A stretch of DNA of 63,369 nt, the filler included, from Octopus bimaculoides (lineage: Eukaryota): assembly GCF_001194135.2 (NCBI RefSeq). It is 7 parts of 6 records of this genome, joined end to end, with 100 filler letters (N's around TTAATTAATTAA, not from the genome) between each part and the next. Parts side by side here need not be neighbours in the genome. Positions count along the whole stretch, not along the records: positions 1 to 15,383 come from NC_068984.1; positions 15,484 to 24,130 come from NC_068986.1; positions 24,231 to 30,116 come from NC_068982.1; 4 more parts are not named here. One strand, given 5' to 3'. Below, piece by piece: positions 12,191 to 26,767 of this stretch; positions within the stretch are counted from its first letter, which is position 1; every line of letters starts with the position of its first letter. Position numbers and translations under genes: made by a program. The notes beneath the pieces are model-generated. The model was not told where the DNA came from. It made no database searches and was given only the letters and a program-made list of their open reading frames with translations.

Positions 12191-12737
12191 TATATATAAC
12201 TATTAAATTATATATTATAAGCTTTGCTGTGTTTTGTTATTCGCGTGACCCCCGCCACCGCCACAACCTGTAGAAAAATTGTCTTGCACGAAACCAGACC
12301 GTAGTGCATAAATGTTTAGGGACCGCTTCTCTGATACAGTTCTTGCTTCTTCACAAATCTCCTTTTTTTGAGAAATTGCTTTGTTTTGCCAATAAAATAT
12401 AGCAAAATGACAAAATCCAATATCAAACAAAAGCACAGTAAAATTTTTTAAATCATAAAAATCAAACTGACCTGAAGTTGCAGATATTTTCAGTGAAATA
12501 TTATAGGCCTTTTTTTTTTTCTTAAAAAAAAAAACAAAACGAAGTCAAAAAATTCTCTATTCAGAAATATTTTTAGGGTTGCATTAATGGTCTACTGTGT
12601 GAAACCAGTTTTGAAATCCTTTCAGCTGTTATTGAAAAATATGGGAGTTCTCTGAATTAACGTGTATGGTTGTTATATAAATTGCAGTCTAACAGGAAAT
12701 CAAATTATGTGTATATGTGTATGTTTCAGAGTGAAAT

Positions 12738-12768
<31 letters not shown>

Positions 12769-12777
12769 TTCAGAGTC

Positions 12778-12840
<63 letters not shown>

Positions 12841-13214
12841 CACACGTATGTAAACATGCATACGCGCATGCATACATACACCTACATAATGTACACAATT
12901 TAAGTATCATTAGTCCTACCATCTTCGCCACCGCCGCCGCCGCATCATGTTATTACTTCTATAAACATATTTTATATCAGTTACACCAATTCCCTGCTAA
13001 CCCACGTGTCACCCTAAACTACGTCACAAAGAATCTCTTCCTCTTCAACGCCGCCCTTAGTTGAAAACACTTTGAATACTACAGAACCCTACTTCCGCAA
13101 ACACTAATAATGTCAAATCATGACAACTCCACTTTGATGCCATCACCATTATCACCATCATCACCATCTCCAAGATCGTCCCTGCCGCCGCCACTACTAA
13201 ACCACCACCCCACA

Positions 13215-13216
13215 CG

Positions 13217-13270
<54 letters not shown>

Positions 13271-13272
13271 GC
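13215..13272. repeat. (TAC)n microsatellite in a CAC/CAT-rich low-complexity tract
   Basis: Directly visible. Confidence 0.95.
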
Positions 13273-13666
13273 TGCTGCCACATCATACTCACCCCTCCCA
13301 CTGAAACTTTACTTGCCCTACAAACACTTCTACTCCCGCTTAACAGTAGCCCCCTCACCATCGAAAAACCACCACCACAACCACCACCACTACCACCACT
13401 ATTACAAAACTAACGTCAATAACGCCACCGATCCCCACCCCCGCCACATCAACTCCATCGCTACCATCATGTCGGTAAATTCAACATATTTTTCAATGAC
13501 AGTCAAAATTCAAACTTTGGCGGTGATTTCTTTTTTGTAACACTTCATTATTTTTTTAAAATTATTCTTTAATGATGTCTTCTCATTAATATTCCATTTA
13601 AGCGTGCATGTGTGAGTGCATTTGTATGTATGTATGTATGTATGTATGTATGTATGTATGTATGTA

Positions 13667-13709
<43 letters not shown>

Positions 13710-13824
13710 ACGCATGATTTAAATAATTGAATCTATGTGTCTTTCTGTACATGCCAGTATGTGTGAATATGTATATCAGTACATATTAGTGTTTTCTGTT
13801 CTCTTGGAGGCTGCTAACACAGCT

Positions 13825-13859
<35 letters not shown>

Positions 13860-15383
13860 AAATAGTAAATGAGTATAGGACATTGCAAACAAAACGTAGA
13901 CGAGAAAACACACAAGCCACATAGAGAACATTCTACTTCATCAGCTACCCCCGTTTTAACACCGGCGTTTCGAAGAGCGGGGCAGGACGCATCGTTAAAA
14001 CGGCTCTTCCCATGGACCGCAAATTAAATTTGTATACACAAATTAAATCTTGCCATGGAGGAATGTAGTGGCGGACAAAAAACAAGACAGGAAAACAAGC
14101 AGAAAAGGCTTTACGGCCAGACGAGAAAAATTATTTGTGTATGAACGCTGTGAGGCACGAACTTGAAAGGGGCGAAGTAGTTACGCAAAGAATATATATG
14201 CATGTATACACACATATATGTACATATTTACATCTACATGTGTATATAGATGCATATCAGGGTACAGGAGTTAGAACAATGAACTACAGACAACGGAACG
14301 AACACATAGGAAAACGGAAAGCCACTTCGAATATTCCTTCATCAGCTGCCTCTATTCTAGCCCGACGTTTCATATATATATATAGTGGGTCATCTCATAA
14401 ATAATGCGGTTTTTTTTCAATTGCATGAACTAAAAGACGAAGGTGGACGGGATAAACTATTTGCATCAACTTACTATAAAAGCAGGTAGTAATTTTACTT
14501 TGTATTTATTCTTAGTGCAAGTTTTGAAGAGTGCACTTCGATTTTAACAGTTACTTTTTCAAAGATAGAATGGAAGTGACAAAGGAGCATATTCTGCTTT
14601 ATCAATAAGATTGTTGAAAAAAAATCGAAAATAGGGCCCCTGGAAGGGATTTTTTATATCTATTACATATAGCTAATATATTATTTTTAAACATCCAAGG
14701 GAAATAACCCATTCGCTTCTGAAAGACATCCTTATATATAGCCAAGTGAAATAAGCCATTCATGTTCATAAATTATTTCGTATAAATCAAATTGAGTATG
14801 CTTATTTCTTAGTATTTGAACTATTTGAGTTATTTTTGCAATTTATCCAGTACAACGCTTAAATAAGTAAATAGTATTTTTCTAAATTTCGGTTAGTGAC
14901 TTATTCACGAATATACCAACACTAGCGCCGCTGAGAGTAATATTCTCTGCGAACGCACAAAAGCTTTTTTCTGAGTTATTTACTTTAAATTGTTATTATT
15001 TCATATCTGATTAGTCTGTTATTACGTAACATGCTTATTAGTATTTCCTCCTAAATTCTATATACCCTGGGAACATATTAAAGCCTTTTTCGGGGCTACT
15101 TTATTTGAATTCTTACTATCGGGTAATTAATTTCATGTTATTACATAACTGACTTCACAATTTGGGTATTCATAACTTATTGGGAATTCCTAAAAGCAAG
15201 ATCCTGTATAAGACAGTTCAATATTCTCAATAAATGCACAAAACCGTTTTAAGGGCTACATACTTTGTATTGTTATTACTGGATTAGCGAAACAATTATG
15301 AGAACGGAACCAAGGAATAAGCCCCACTTTCCCGGGAATTACCTGGTACGTCAGCTAGTATATATATATATATATATATATAT

Positions 15384-15483
15384 NNNNNNNNNNNNNNNNN
15401 NNNNNNNNNNNNNNNNNNNNNNNNNNNTTAATTAATTAANNNNNNNNNNNNNNNNNNNNNNNNNNNNNNNNNNNNNNNNNNNN
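15384..15483. other. Artificial 100-bp scaffold spacer (44 N + TTAATTAATTAA + 44 N); identical spacers at 24131-24230, 30117-30216, 43669-43768, 51725-51824 and 60882-60981
   Basis: Six occurrences with exactly the same geometry; the 12-mer gives TAA in all six frames. Confidence 0.95.
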
Positions 15484-15507
15484 TATTTGCGTCTATCTTT
15501 CTGTCAG

Positions 15508-15575
<68 letters not shown>

Positions 15576-15759
15576 TATTATTATTAAGGCGGCGAGCTGG
15601 CAAAGTCGTTAGCGCGCTGGACGAAATGCTTAGTAGTATTTCGCTTGTCGCTACGTTCTGAGTTCAAATTCCATTCGGTGTCGATAAATTAAGTACCAGT
15701 GAAACACTGGAAACGTACCCGAAACGACATGTTCAGCTTCCATTAACCGGGTCCTTACC

Positions 15760-17700
15760 TACGCGTCTTATCTAGGTCTGTCGCACAGATTACAAACTTT
15801 GAATCTGAATAGGCGACCGTTTTAAAAAGTGGACATCCTACACTGTTACTGTTTAGTTTCCTAGTGAAAATCCTGTCAGGTCCATACTGGCACATGACAG
15901 AAATCTCGTCGGTACTTGTCAGACAGTTGGAACTGGCTGATCAAGTACTTGAGTCTTTTGTACCCAACGCTTCTATCAGCTGTTCCCACACAATCCCAGC
16001 ACGCATCTAAGATACCGTCCCAGTCTCCAACTAACAGTTAAAGGCAAGAGTACCCAGAAAAGCTTCCAGACACCTAAAGAAATCCGGCCGTTTGGTACCG
16101 GTAGGGGCGTATACGGGCCCCAGTCTAAAGGCACCACCTTCACTATTGCTCAAGTCCAGGTCCACCAATTTACCGTCCGGGTCCCGAAGATCGACCTTAT
16201 CGCGAGACCCAGGTCATTCCTAAACAGCAGTGCCACCCCATTTCCCATTCTCGACTGACTAACAGATGCAAAGATCTGAGAGTCCTTGAACGGTTAGTGC
16301 CCGTGTACTGGAAATCCTGGTCTCTCTGGCAGCAATTACCTCTAATTCTAAAGAACTAAGGTCGTTGAGCAGGCGCCCCTGCTTCCAGGGCGAACCCAGG
16401 CCTCAAACAGTTAAACTTCCTACTCTTAATATGGCCAAGTTGGCAAGCTAAAAAGAGAGAGGAAAGGTTTTCTCACCTTCCGGTATCTTGTGAAGTTCGG
16501 GTGGTTCGACTTCCGTAATTAGTGGGAGATTTTGAGAACCATTAAAAAAATTTCGATATAAGTTTCACGTTCGGGGTTCCCACATCCTGAGGAAGGCTCT
16601 CGCGAATTCTTGTGTAGGAATCGAGCGACATTTGCACCAGAAGCAAATCTTCTGATACGCGAAAAGTGTTCGATTTAAAAATCACTTCTTCTGTTTCAAA
16701 TTCAGTGCTTTGTGTTACGAGGACCATCAATGCCTTGTTGTCCCCTCTCATATGTACGACGTTGAGTATTTTTTGTTGGTGTGGTTTTTTTTTTCTTTAC
16801 TGTGGTGGTAATGGTTTTGTTGGTGTTGTTTCAGTTGTGTCTGTGTTTGCTGTGACTGCGATGTCTGCGGTTTCAGATGTTTGTGTAAATTTTTGTTCTT
16901 GTGTCTGCTTAAGTTGTTTTCGTTTGGAGGATTTGGGGGATAGTGGTTGTGTTAGTGTTGGTGTTGTAGAAGCGCAATGGCCTAGTGGTTAGGGCAGCGG
17001 ACTCGCGGTCATAGGATCGCGGTTTCGATTCCCAGACCGGGCGTTGTGAGTGTTTATTGAGCGAAAACACCTAAAAGCACCACGAGGCTCCGGCAGGGGA
17101 TGGTGGCGAACCCTGCTGTACTCTTCCACCACAACTTTCTCTCACTCTTACTTCCTGTTTCTGTTGTGCCTGTAATTCAAAGGGTCAGCCTTGTCACACT
17201 GTGTCACGCCGAATATCCCCGACAACTACGTTAAGGGTACACGTGTCTGTGGAGTGCTCAGCCACTTGCATGTTAAATTCACGAGCAGGCTGTTCCGTTG
17301 ATCGGATCAACTGGAACCCTCGACGTCGTAAGCGACAGAGTGCCAACAACAACAGTGTTGGTGTTATTGGGGAGTTGTTTGCGTGAGTGGTGCCTGTAAT
17401 TTTTATTGTGGGTGTTGTTATGCTTTGTGGAGTTTCTTTTATGTTTTCTTTTTTGTTTGTTTTTTTGGGTGGTCTTTTGGTATTCCTTCATCTTCACTAC
17501 TGGAAGATTGTTGTTGTTGTTATTGTTGCTACAGTAGTCGCTGTCTTGTTCAACTTGATTCTTCTGTCTTGCGGATACCCCGCTGTTATTTTCAGCGGAT
17601 GGACGGTTTTCGTTCGCCACCTTTGATTTTAGCGGAAAAAAAGGAGGGGTAACCCAAACAAATCCCAAAATAGCCCCTAAGGGCTACAAGTGAGAAAGAA
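15760..17700 (-). mobile_element. Tx1/L1-like LINE fragment: low-complexity ORF1 end plus APE endonuclease N-terminus (about 15800-16430), interrupted by a SINE
   Basis: Minus-strand translation ILRVGSLTV*GLGSPWKQGRLLNDL..VIAARETR, GNGVALLFRNDL, VYAPT, VGDW: APE motifs with stops and frameshifts. Confidence 0.75.
16966..17353 (+). mobile_element. Full-length tRNA-derived SINE (family A) with 12-bp target-site duplication
   Basis: A-box-like gcgcaatggcctagtggttagg, B-box-like ggtttcgattccc, (CAA)n tail. AGTGTTGGTGTT occurs at 16954-16965 and 17354-17365. Near-identical copies at 20982 and 63212. Confidence 0.9.
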
Positions 17701-17834
17701 CTAATCAGTTCTCCAAGGCCCTAGTTTGTTTAACTAAGTAACAATAACAGATGTACATTGTAAAACAAGGTATAACAATGTGAATAATAGCAAAACTTAC
17801 GCAGCGATGTGCAACACGTATCGATTGACGAACA

Positions 17835-17851
17835 GCAACAACAACAACAAT

Positions 17852-17931
<80 letters not shown>
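17835..17931. repeat. Compound (CAA)n(TAA)n microsatellite
   Basis: Directly visible. Confidence 0.95.
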
Positions 17932-18017
17932 GCTGTAGGCATAATAACAATTGAAACACCACAAATATTTAAGTTCAGATATTATTGGTCGATGATAACA
18001 GAAAACCAGTGTCTCTC

Positions 18018-18063
<46 letters not shown>

Positions 18064-18167
18064 NNNNNNNNNNNNNNNNNNNNNNNNNNNNNNNNNNNNN
18101 NNNNNNNNNNNNNNNNNNNNNNNNNNNNNNNNNNNNNNNNNNNNNNNNNNNNNNNNNNNNNNNNNNN

Positions 18168-18232
<65 letters not shown>

Positions 18233-18937
18233 AAGTGCCATAATAAAAGTAAGGCCATGGTTGTCTTGAGACCACACAAGTATAACAAAGAGTTTGTTTG
18301 TCACATTCTTTTCAAGTTAAATAAAACGGAAATATATCAACAAACACAAGAGAAATGACAGTTCTGTGCTTTGGGAAGTCTTTCTTGCAATTCTACAAAA
18401 TTGGTAGAGAAGATACAAGGTGTATTATACAATGAGGGAGTCTGAAAATGACAGAAACACATAAATTTTGTGGCAAATTTTTATAGAGCGATAAAGGCAA
18501 ATTGCCCAGACAGAAAATGTGCCTACTTATAAATATTTCTCACTTTTCAATTGAAGATACATCTTTCAAATGTGTTAACGATAAAGGTGTAGACGTACAG
18601 CCATCTAAAATGTTAAGGTTGAAGCACACAAACATTAATAATATGAGCCGCAGGAAAATGTAAGCGTAAAGCGACGACGAATATACAAAGGGCAAAATGC
18701 CAACACTGTTGCAAACAGAAAGAAATTTAGAAATATTTCATCACAAGACTGTATCATTCGTCTTTAAAGTATTTTGCTATTTCGCAATGAAAAAAAGGAA
18801 AAGCAAAGATTAATAACTGAAGAAATACAAAAGAAACAAATAAATATTCGTAAGATAAAGAAATATTAATAAACAAACGTGCCAGAAAGGTATTAATGAA
18901 TTCGGTGATAGACAGGAAATATATAATCTCGAACCTC

Positions 18938-19039
<102 letters not shown>

Positions 19040-19186
19040 TATCTATTATCTATGTCTCCTTGATGCTCCGCTAGGTCAAGGGTGATAAGAATATTTCTAT
19101 TCCTGACTACACTTGGGCCTTAAGAGACAGACCATAGTACCAAAGCATACTCGCTTATGAGTGACGGCTATTATTGTTGGACTATA

Positions 19187-19234
19187 CATGTATGTATGTA
19201 TGTATGTATGTATGTATGTATGTATGTATGTATG

Positions 19235-19299
<65 letters not shown>
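19187..19299. repeat. Compound (TATG)n(TAGA)n microsatellite
   Basis: Directly visible. Confidence 0.95.
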
Positions 19300-19497
19300 G
19301 TTTCGGGTGCCCTGGTTGGCCCTGGGTGGAACTCACCCCATTGGAGAATTTTACTCTTTATTTTTTTTGGTTCTTAACTGCTTTTTGTTTTTTTTATTGT
19401 TTACACGTTTTCTGTTTTAAACCCCACTTGTCCCTTGTTTTGTATTGTCCCTCCTTTATGTTTTTGTGTTCGGCCCTTGTGATCAATAAAAAAAAGG

Positions 19498-19542
<45 letters not shown>

Positions 19543-19543
<1 letters not shown>

Positions 19544-19930
19544 CGCCGAGGTTGACTTTACCTTTCATCCTTTCGGTGTCGGTAAAATAGGTAGCAGTTG
19601 AGTACTGGAGTCGATATAATCGACTATCACCCTCCCCGCAAATTTCAGGCCTTGTACCTTTATTAGAAAGGATTATTATTATTATTATCATTATTATTAT
19701 TATTATTATTATTGTTGTTGTTGTTGTTGTTGTTGTTAAGGAGGCGAGTGGCAGAATTATTGCTGCACCAGTTAAAATGCTTAGCGGCATTTCATCCTTT
19801 TAAATTACGTCGATGTCGACTTTGCCGTTTATCCTTTCGAGGTCGATAAAATATGTACAAGTCGAGCACTAGGATCGATGTAATCGATTAGCTCCTCCCC
19901 ACAAAATGTCAGGCCTTGTACCTATAGAAG
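19543..19930 (+). mobile_element. Two family B SINEs in tandem (first one 5'-truncated), separated by (ATT)n(GTT)n
   Basis: The block ttccgccgaggtcgactttgcctttcatcctttcggggtcgataaaat-like occurs twice. Confidence 0.75.
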
Positions 19931-19954
19931 AAAGAAAGAAAGAAAGAAAGAGTA

Positions 19955-20000
<46 letters not shown>

Positions 20001-20979
20001 TGTAGTATTAGTAGTAAAGGAAATCAGTGGTTATGCAAAATTGGTAGAGCGTCCGTGAATTTCCTTGCTTTTATATGCTAGGACAGATTGAACCTGCCAC
20101 CACCAAATTTTGTGTCTATTTCCGCTGTTATAAATTATTGTTATACTAACAATGTTTCATCTCGAAGTGAATTACGGCGATTACATTATTCAGTGTTCTT
20201 CAGATTTTGAAAGTGATGGAGAGTGATCTGAACAGGTTTAGCTGCTACTTCTAGCATTCCTTTTAACCGCAATGTGGCTTGTTGTAAAAAAAAAAAGTGG
20301 GGTGGGTGAACAAAGAGCCAAATTTCTTACGTATATTCTTAGTGTTGTCCGACGATGTTTTCCAGGGTTCCGTTCATATTTTTGTTTTTCCTTTATTCCT
20401 ACAAGGCTCGATTATATCTGGCCTGGTAAGTACCAAACGTTTTCTAAGTGCTTAAATCAGCCATATCTGGCCCAAATATTCTACCTGGCCAGATGTAGCT
20501 TCTCATACCTATCCTACAATGTCATTCTGAAAATATACAATCATATCACCAAAATGTCGACGCTACAAAATAATGCATGAACCACTGCAGGCTTCATAAA
20601 TTTGTAACGTTTACTGAACGATAACATCTCGTTATTAATAGTGTCATGAGAGTTATCTCCCTTACAACTGGAAACTTTCATTTGATTTACTGTACGACGT
20701 TAACAAATGGATGTAATTTCTCACTAATGAATAAATTAACCTCAATTTATTTTTATATATTCTGTTATAATTTCCTACGCCTATTAGTGCACTTTATTGT
20801 ATACCTACCTAGTAGTTCTCTCATCATCGCTGTCGTGAGCCCAGTGAAGTTGAAAACTCACAGAATCACTCAAACCAAAACTTATCCCGAGATATCTGCA
20901 TGAGCCTTGCCGATAAGATCAAAATGATATTAATGAGCTAATATTGTCTTTTTCTTACTATATAATCACTTATTAGTGG

Positions 20980-21233
20980 AGACACAATGGCTCAGTGGTT
21001 AGGGCAGCAGACTCGTGGTCATAGGATCGCGGTTTCGATTCCCAGACTGGGCGTTGTGAGTGTTTATTGAGCGAAAACACCTAAAGTTCCACGAGGCTCC
21101 GGCAGGGGATGGTGGCGAACCCTGCTGTACTCTTTCACCACAACTTTCTCTCACTCTTACTTCCTGTTTCTGTTGTGCCTGTAATTCAAAGGGTCAGCCT
21201 TGTCACACTGTGTCAGGCTGAATATCCCAGAAA
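20980..21233 (+). mobile_element. Family A SINE, cut by an N gap
   Basis: Near-identical to 16966-17220. Confidence 0.85.
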
Positions 21234-21489
21234 NNNNNNNNNNNNNNNNNNNNNNNNNNNNNNNNNNNNNNNNNNNNNNNNNNNNNNNNNNNNNNNNNNN
21301 NNNNNNNNNNNNNNNNNNNNNNNNNNNNNNNNNNNNNNNNNNNNNNNNNNNNNNNNNNNNNNNNNNNNNNNNNNNNNNNNNNNNNNNNNNNNNNNNNNNN
21401 NNNNNNNNNNNNNNNNNNNNNNNNNNNNNNNNNNNNNNNNNNNNNNNNNNNNNNNNNNNNNNNNNNNNNNNNNATGCTATTTTAAATAA

Positions 21490-21775
21490 GGCGTTGGGGT
21501 CACAATCATGAGGTAGAGAGTTCGATTCCTGGACCGGTTTGTGCGTTGTGTTCTTGAGCAAGACACTTTATTTCACGTTGCTCCAGTTCACTCAGCCGTA
21601 GAAATGAGTTGCGACGTCACAGGTGCCAAGCTGTATCGGTCTTTGCCTTTTCCATGGATAACATCGGTGACGTGAAGAGGAGACGCTGGTATACATGGGC
21701 GACTGCTGGTCTTCCACAAAACAACCTTGCTCGGACTTGTGCCTCGGAGGGGAACTTTCTGGGTGCAATCTTTTT
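21490..21775 (+). mobile_element. tRNA-derived SINE sharing its body with 7326-7652 but with a different tail
   Basis: B-box gagttcgattcc; body cttgagcaagacactttatttc...ccagttcactcagc is shared with 7408-7450. Confidence 0.65.
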
Positions 21776-22224
21776 GCCCTTTACCTTTTTCTTTAAATAT
21801 CTAGGTACAAACTTAAATGATTTTTTTGTGCACATGTTATTGTATTGCCCCAGCTCAGCTTTGCCTGGAGGAAATTTTCAGCACCCCCTCGTAAGTGATT
21901 TACAAGCAGTAAGTTCAAAAGGAACGGTTGCTGTTGTAGTTGTCACCGAGCAGACACAACTTGTCGTATTGTCTATCATAGATGTTCAAGTAATGTTTGC
22001 TTATAACATTGAATCACAATAGTTGAAGTATTATGTAACCTGATTCACTGCTGTTACAGATGTCGCCATTATAGAAAACGAGCGTGATTTTTTGATTCAT
22101 CGTTCATCTAGCTGTTTGTTATGGGCCACATTGTTATTGTCAACAATAGTTTGAATCGACGATCAACCACAGCATTCAGTGTCTCATGAGGATATATATA
22201 TTCAGCACATACATGCACTACACG

Positions 22225-22325
<101 letters not shown>

Positions 22326-22455
22326 TTATATAGATGAATGTTCATGTGTGTCGATATGTCTCTATGATATGAGGAGACAGGCGGAATCTGACATTTCGGG
22401 TTTAATCCTTCGTCGGAGAGAGGGAGAGAGGTGCACAAAGAGAAGTTCCATTTAA

Positions 22456-22496
<41 letters not shown>

Positions 22497-23535
22497 TACA
22501 TATATATATAATATATATATGTGTGTGTATTTCAAATTGCTACTACTCTACAACGTATAGACAATTCTACACAAGACTTTCCTTTTTTTTCTTCTTCAGT
22601 TCCTCCTCCTCCATCTCCTGGTCATCCTTCTCCTCCTCATCTTTCCTCTCCTCTTCATTCTATTCCTCCTCCCCTCCTCTCCTTCTCTCCTCCTCCTCCT
22701 CCCCCTCCTCTCCTTCTCTCCTCCTCCTCCCCCTCTTCTCACTGATAATTACCTTTACCAAACGTTGCGATCGCAGACATGGCTGCGTGGTCAATAACTT
22801 CACTTTGCAATCATAAAGTTACAGATTCGATCCTGCCAGGCGGCATCTTAAACAGCTGCCTTTTCTCATAGATTTGATCCAACCGAATGCTTGACAGTGA
22901 AATCGAGTTCATGAAAACTTATGGAAGCACGTTGATAAGATTCTCCCTATAAACTATATAATTCCACCTTGATGCTGATACTGCTTGTGAACTTATATCA
23001 AAAGAACACCTGTCCATAATGAAAATCAATACAAATGCTTTTATGAGTCTACCTTTTTTTAATAGAAATGCATTATAAAAAGGCTGTACGAAAGAAATAT
23101 TAAGTCCCTCAAACCTAACTAGGAATCAATAAAGTTAAAAATACATTTTAATAAGAAAAGACAGTTGTTAAATTACCTACCCGCACACACATACTCAAAC
23201 ATGCACACGTGCGCGCGCACACAAATATGTACACAGGTTTTCATGTGCACACAAGAAATATATAATAGAGTATATAAGCAGGTGTATACTCAGTCGTTTA
23301 CACGTTCATTTAATGAGTAAGTAGCTCAGTGGGTCGGCCGACGAGATATATTCATCGTCGAAGCCGGCGAAGGATCCTTATTCTTTGTAATTTCATGCCT
23401 CTTCATTTCTTGAGTAAGCTGAGGGTCTGCCATTATTATTTTCTGAAACAAAGATTATACAGAGTTAGCAAAAAATGCAGCACTGACCCAAAAAAGGTAT
23501 CTCCTTATATACCTTACGCAGCCTGAATATGTATA

Positions 23536-23593
<58 letters not shown>

Positions 23594-23594
<1 letters not shown>

Positions 23595-24041
23595 TATTCT
23601 TTTATTCCCTTACTTTTTTCACTTATTTGATTGTGGCCATGCTGTAGCACCGCCTTAAAGGATTTTAGTCGAAGAAATCGATCCCAGAACTTATTCTTTG
23701 TAAGCTTAGTACTTATTCTATCAGTATTTTTTGCTGAACCGCTAAGCTACAGGGACATAAACACACCAGCATCGGTTGTCAAGCGATGGCGGGGAGGACA
23801 AACACAGACCCACACTCATAAACACACACATACGCACACACACACATTCATGTATACGTATATATATATATATATATACGACAGGCTTCTTTCAGTTTCC
23901 ACCTACCAAATTCACTTACAAGGGTTTGATTGACTCGAGGCTGTAGTAGAAGACACTTTCTCAATGTGCCACACAGTGGAACTGAACCCGGAACTATGTG
24001 GTTGGGAAGCAAGATTCTTAACAGACAGCCACAACTGCGCC
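23594..24041 (-). mobile_element. Full-length family C SINE
   Basis: Colinear with 5943-6377. Confidence 0.85.
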
Positions 24042-24064
24042 TATATATATATATATACATATAC

Positions 24065-24119
<55 letters not shown>

Positions 24120-24436
24120 ATAAGTTATTGNNNNNNNNNNNNNNNNNNNNNNNNNNNNNNNNNNNNNNNNNNNNTTAATTAATTAANNNNNNNNNNNNNN
24201 NNNNNNNNNNNNNNNNNNNNNNNNNNNNNNTTGATATGTTTTCATCGTGATACAAATAAAATAAAATTAAATAAATATCCACTATATTTCTCCTCCATTT
24301 TCTTATATTACCATAACACAATATTGGATTGTTTATTCCTGTATATTACGGGATTTTGTCTCAATATATAAATCGATAACACTAGTTGATATCCATTTCA
24401 AATCGCTGACGAGGAAATTACATCCTAAATATTGAC

Positions 24437-24482
<46 letters not shown>

Positions 24483-24939
24483 TCGGTTCAGGGGAAGCAA
24501 TTCATGGTTACTAATGCTCGGTAATTATTTCACTTCTCCATAATTATGTAATATACTAAGGCAGCGAGTTGGCAGGCTCCGTTAGCACGCCTGGTAAAAT
24601 ACGTAGCGGCTTTTCGTCAGTCCTTACGTACTAAGTTCAAATTCTGCCGATGTTGACTCCACCTTTCATCCTTCGAAGGCGATAAAGTAAGTAACAGTTG
24701 AGCACTGGGGAGGGCGATGTCGTCGACTTAACCCACCACCAAAATTGCTGACCTTGTACCATATTTTGAAACCAGTAATTATGTAATATACTCACTCTCT
24801 TATCATCATCATCATCGTCGTCGCCGTCGTCGTAGTCGTCATCGTCGTCTTCGTCATCATTTGAAGGGTTTTAAAATGTGAGAAAGCACATAGTGACCAA
24901 AGGTGTATAATAATATCTGATAGTCTGGTCGATATAGTG

Positions 24940-24974
<35 letters not shown>

Positions 24975-25528
24975 NNNNNNNNNNNNNNNNNNNNNNNNNN
25001 NNNNNNNNNNNNNNNNNNNNNNNNNNNNNNNNNNNNNNNNNNNNNNNNNNNNNNNNNNNNNNNNNNNNNNNNNNNNNNNNNNNNNNNNNNNNNNNNNNNN
25101 NNNNNNNNNNNNNNNNNNNNNNNNNNNNNNNNNNNNNNNNNNNNNNNNNNNNNNNNNNNNNNNNNNNNNNNNNNNNNNNNNNNNNNNNNNNNNNNNNNNN
25201 NNNNNNNNNNNNNNNNNNNNNNNNNNNNNNNNNNNNNNNNNNNNNNNNNNNNNNNNNNNNNNNNNNNNNNNNNNNNNNNNNNNNNNNNNNNNNNNNNNNN
25301 NNNNNNNNNNNNNNNNNNNNNNNNNNNNNNNNNNNNNNNNNNNNNNNNNNNNNNNNNNNNNNNNNNNNNNNNNNNNNNNNNNNNNNNNNNNNNNNNNNNN
25401 NNNNNNNNNNNNNNNNNNNNNNNNNNNNNNNNNNNNNNNNNNNNNNNNNNNNNNNNNNNNNNNNNNNNNNNNNNNNNNNNNNNNNNNNNNNNNNNNNNNN
25501 NNNNNNNNNNNNNNNNNNNNNNNNNNNN

Positions 25529-25597
<69 letters not shown>

Positions 25598-25699
25598 CAT
25601 GCGCGCGCGCATTCTATGAAGTGAGTGCTTCCGAAAGAGGGAAAATGGTCTACTTGTTTCTCTGGTGTGTTCGAGATAGTGATGCTGAAATCTGGTTAG

Positions 25700-26390
25700 A
25701 TTTTTGTTTGGAACAAATTGTACAAGTATTTTATTTTTCTGGATGTTTGTTGTAAGATCGAAGCGAGAAAGTCGTCCAGAACAGTATCCAAGCTACCCAT
25801 GTCACTTTTGGAAAACTTTTTCTGCGTATCCTCGAAACTTGAAACTAGAAATCAAGCTCATGGTGTATCAAGTCATAGTTGTTTCCCGTCTATAGTTAAG
25901 TGGCGTAGACTTTTTACCGCAGGGACATTCAAATATAGGAACGATTTCATCAACAAAAACTGCGATCAGTTATAAATTTTAAATAGGAGTACTATGCCAA
26001 CAGCCATACAGTTTTTGAATGAGACAAAGCCAACAGATCTGGAGCCATCATCATCAATCACCTCAGATGGACAGGTCATGTCCACTGCATGCATAGCATC
26101 AGATGGTCACACCAAATCTTCTACAACGAACTCAACAACGGCAAGAGATCACGCGGCCAATCAATGTCACATTACAACGATTAAACGATTAACTTAAATA
26201 GACGATGAAGTGCACCAACATCAACCCTAAATCCTGAGAGCAATTTGCAGAAGAAAGAACAGCATGGAGCCACATCATCAGGATTGGCGTAAAACATTAA
26301 GAACATCGTCGAAGAATGAAGAAGATAAACGGCTACGATGGAAGATCTACATAAAAGACGAAGCACATATGAATAAAGAAATACTCACAT
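25700..26390 (+). mobile_element. RTE-clade LINE, RT C-terminal fragment, degenerate
   Basis: Translation LKLEIKLMVYQVIVVS, ERFHQQKLR, HLRWTGHVHCM...QIFYNELNNGKRSRGQ with many stops. Confidence 0.75.
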
Positions 26391-26399
26391 ATGAGGATG

Positions 26400-26451
<52 letters not shown>

Positions 26452-26767
26452 CACGTGTTATATATACATACATATATATCTGTATTCTGTATGTTAAGGA
26501 ATATATTGTTCGTGCATTAATATATATATAGGGTTGAGGAGGGTATTGGATTTAACCAAACCCAAAAAGATACAGGTAATACCGAGTAAGTGCTGTATAC
26601 CGACTAGTTATGCCCCGGTCGTTGTATATTTCCAACTTTACCATTGCTCTCTTTTTCCTTTTATATATTTATACATATATGTATATATATNNNNNNNNNN
26701 NNNNNNNNNNNNNNNNNNNNNNNNNNNNNNNNNNNNNNNNNNNNATATATATATATATATACATATA

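Noticed and set aside
13925-14372. Two minus-strand GAAAC...CTGATGA motifs in type II hammerhead order
   Set aside because: Helix I cannot pair in either copy and one lacks the NUH triplet; probably ends of an unclassified repeat.
16970-17045. tRNA-like heads of SINE families A, B and C as tRNA genes
   Set aside because: They keep A/B boxes but no complete cloverleaf, and they continue into SINE bodies.
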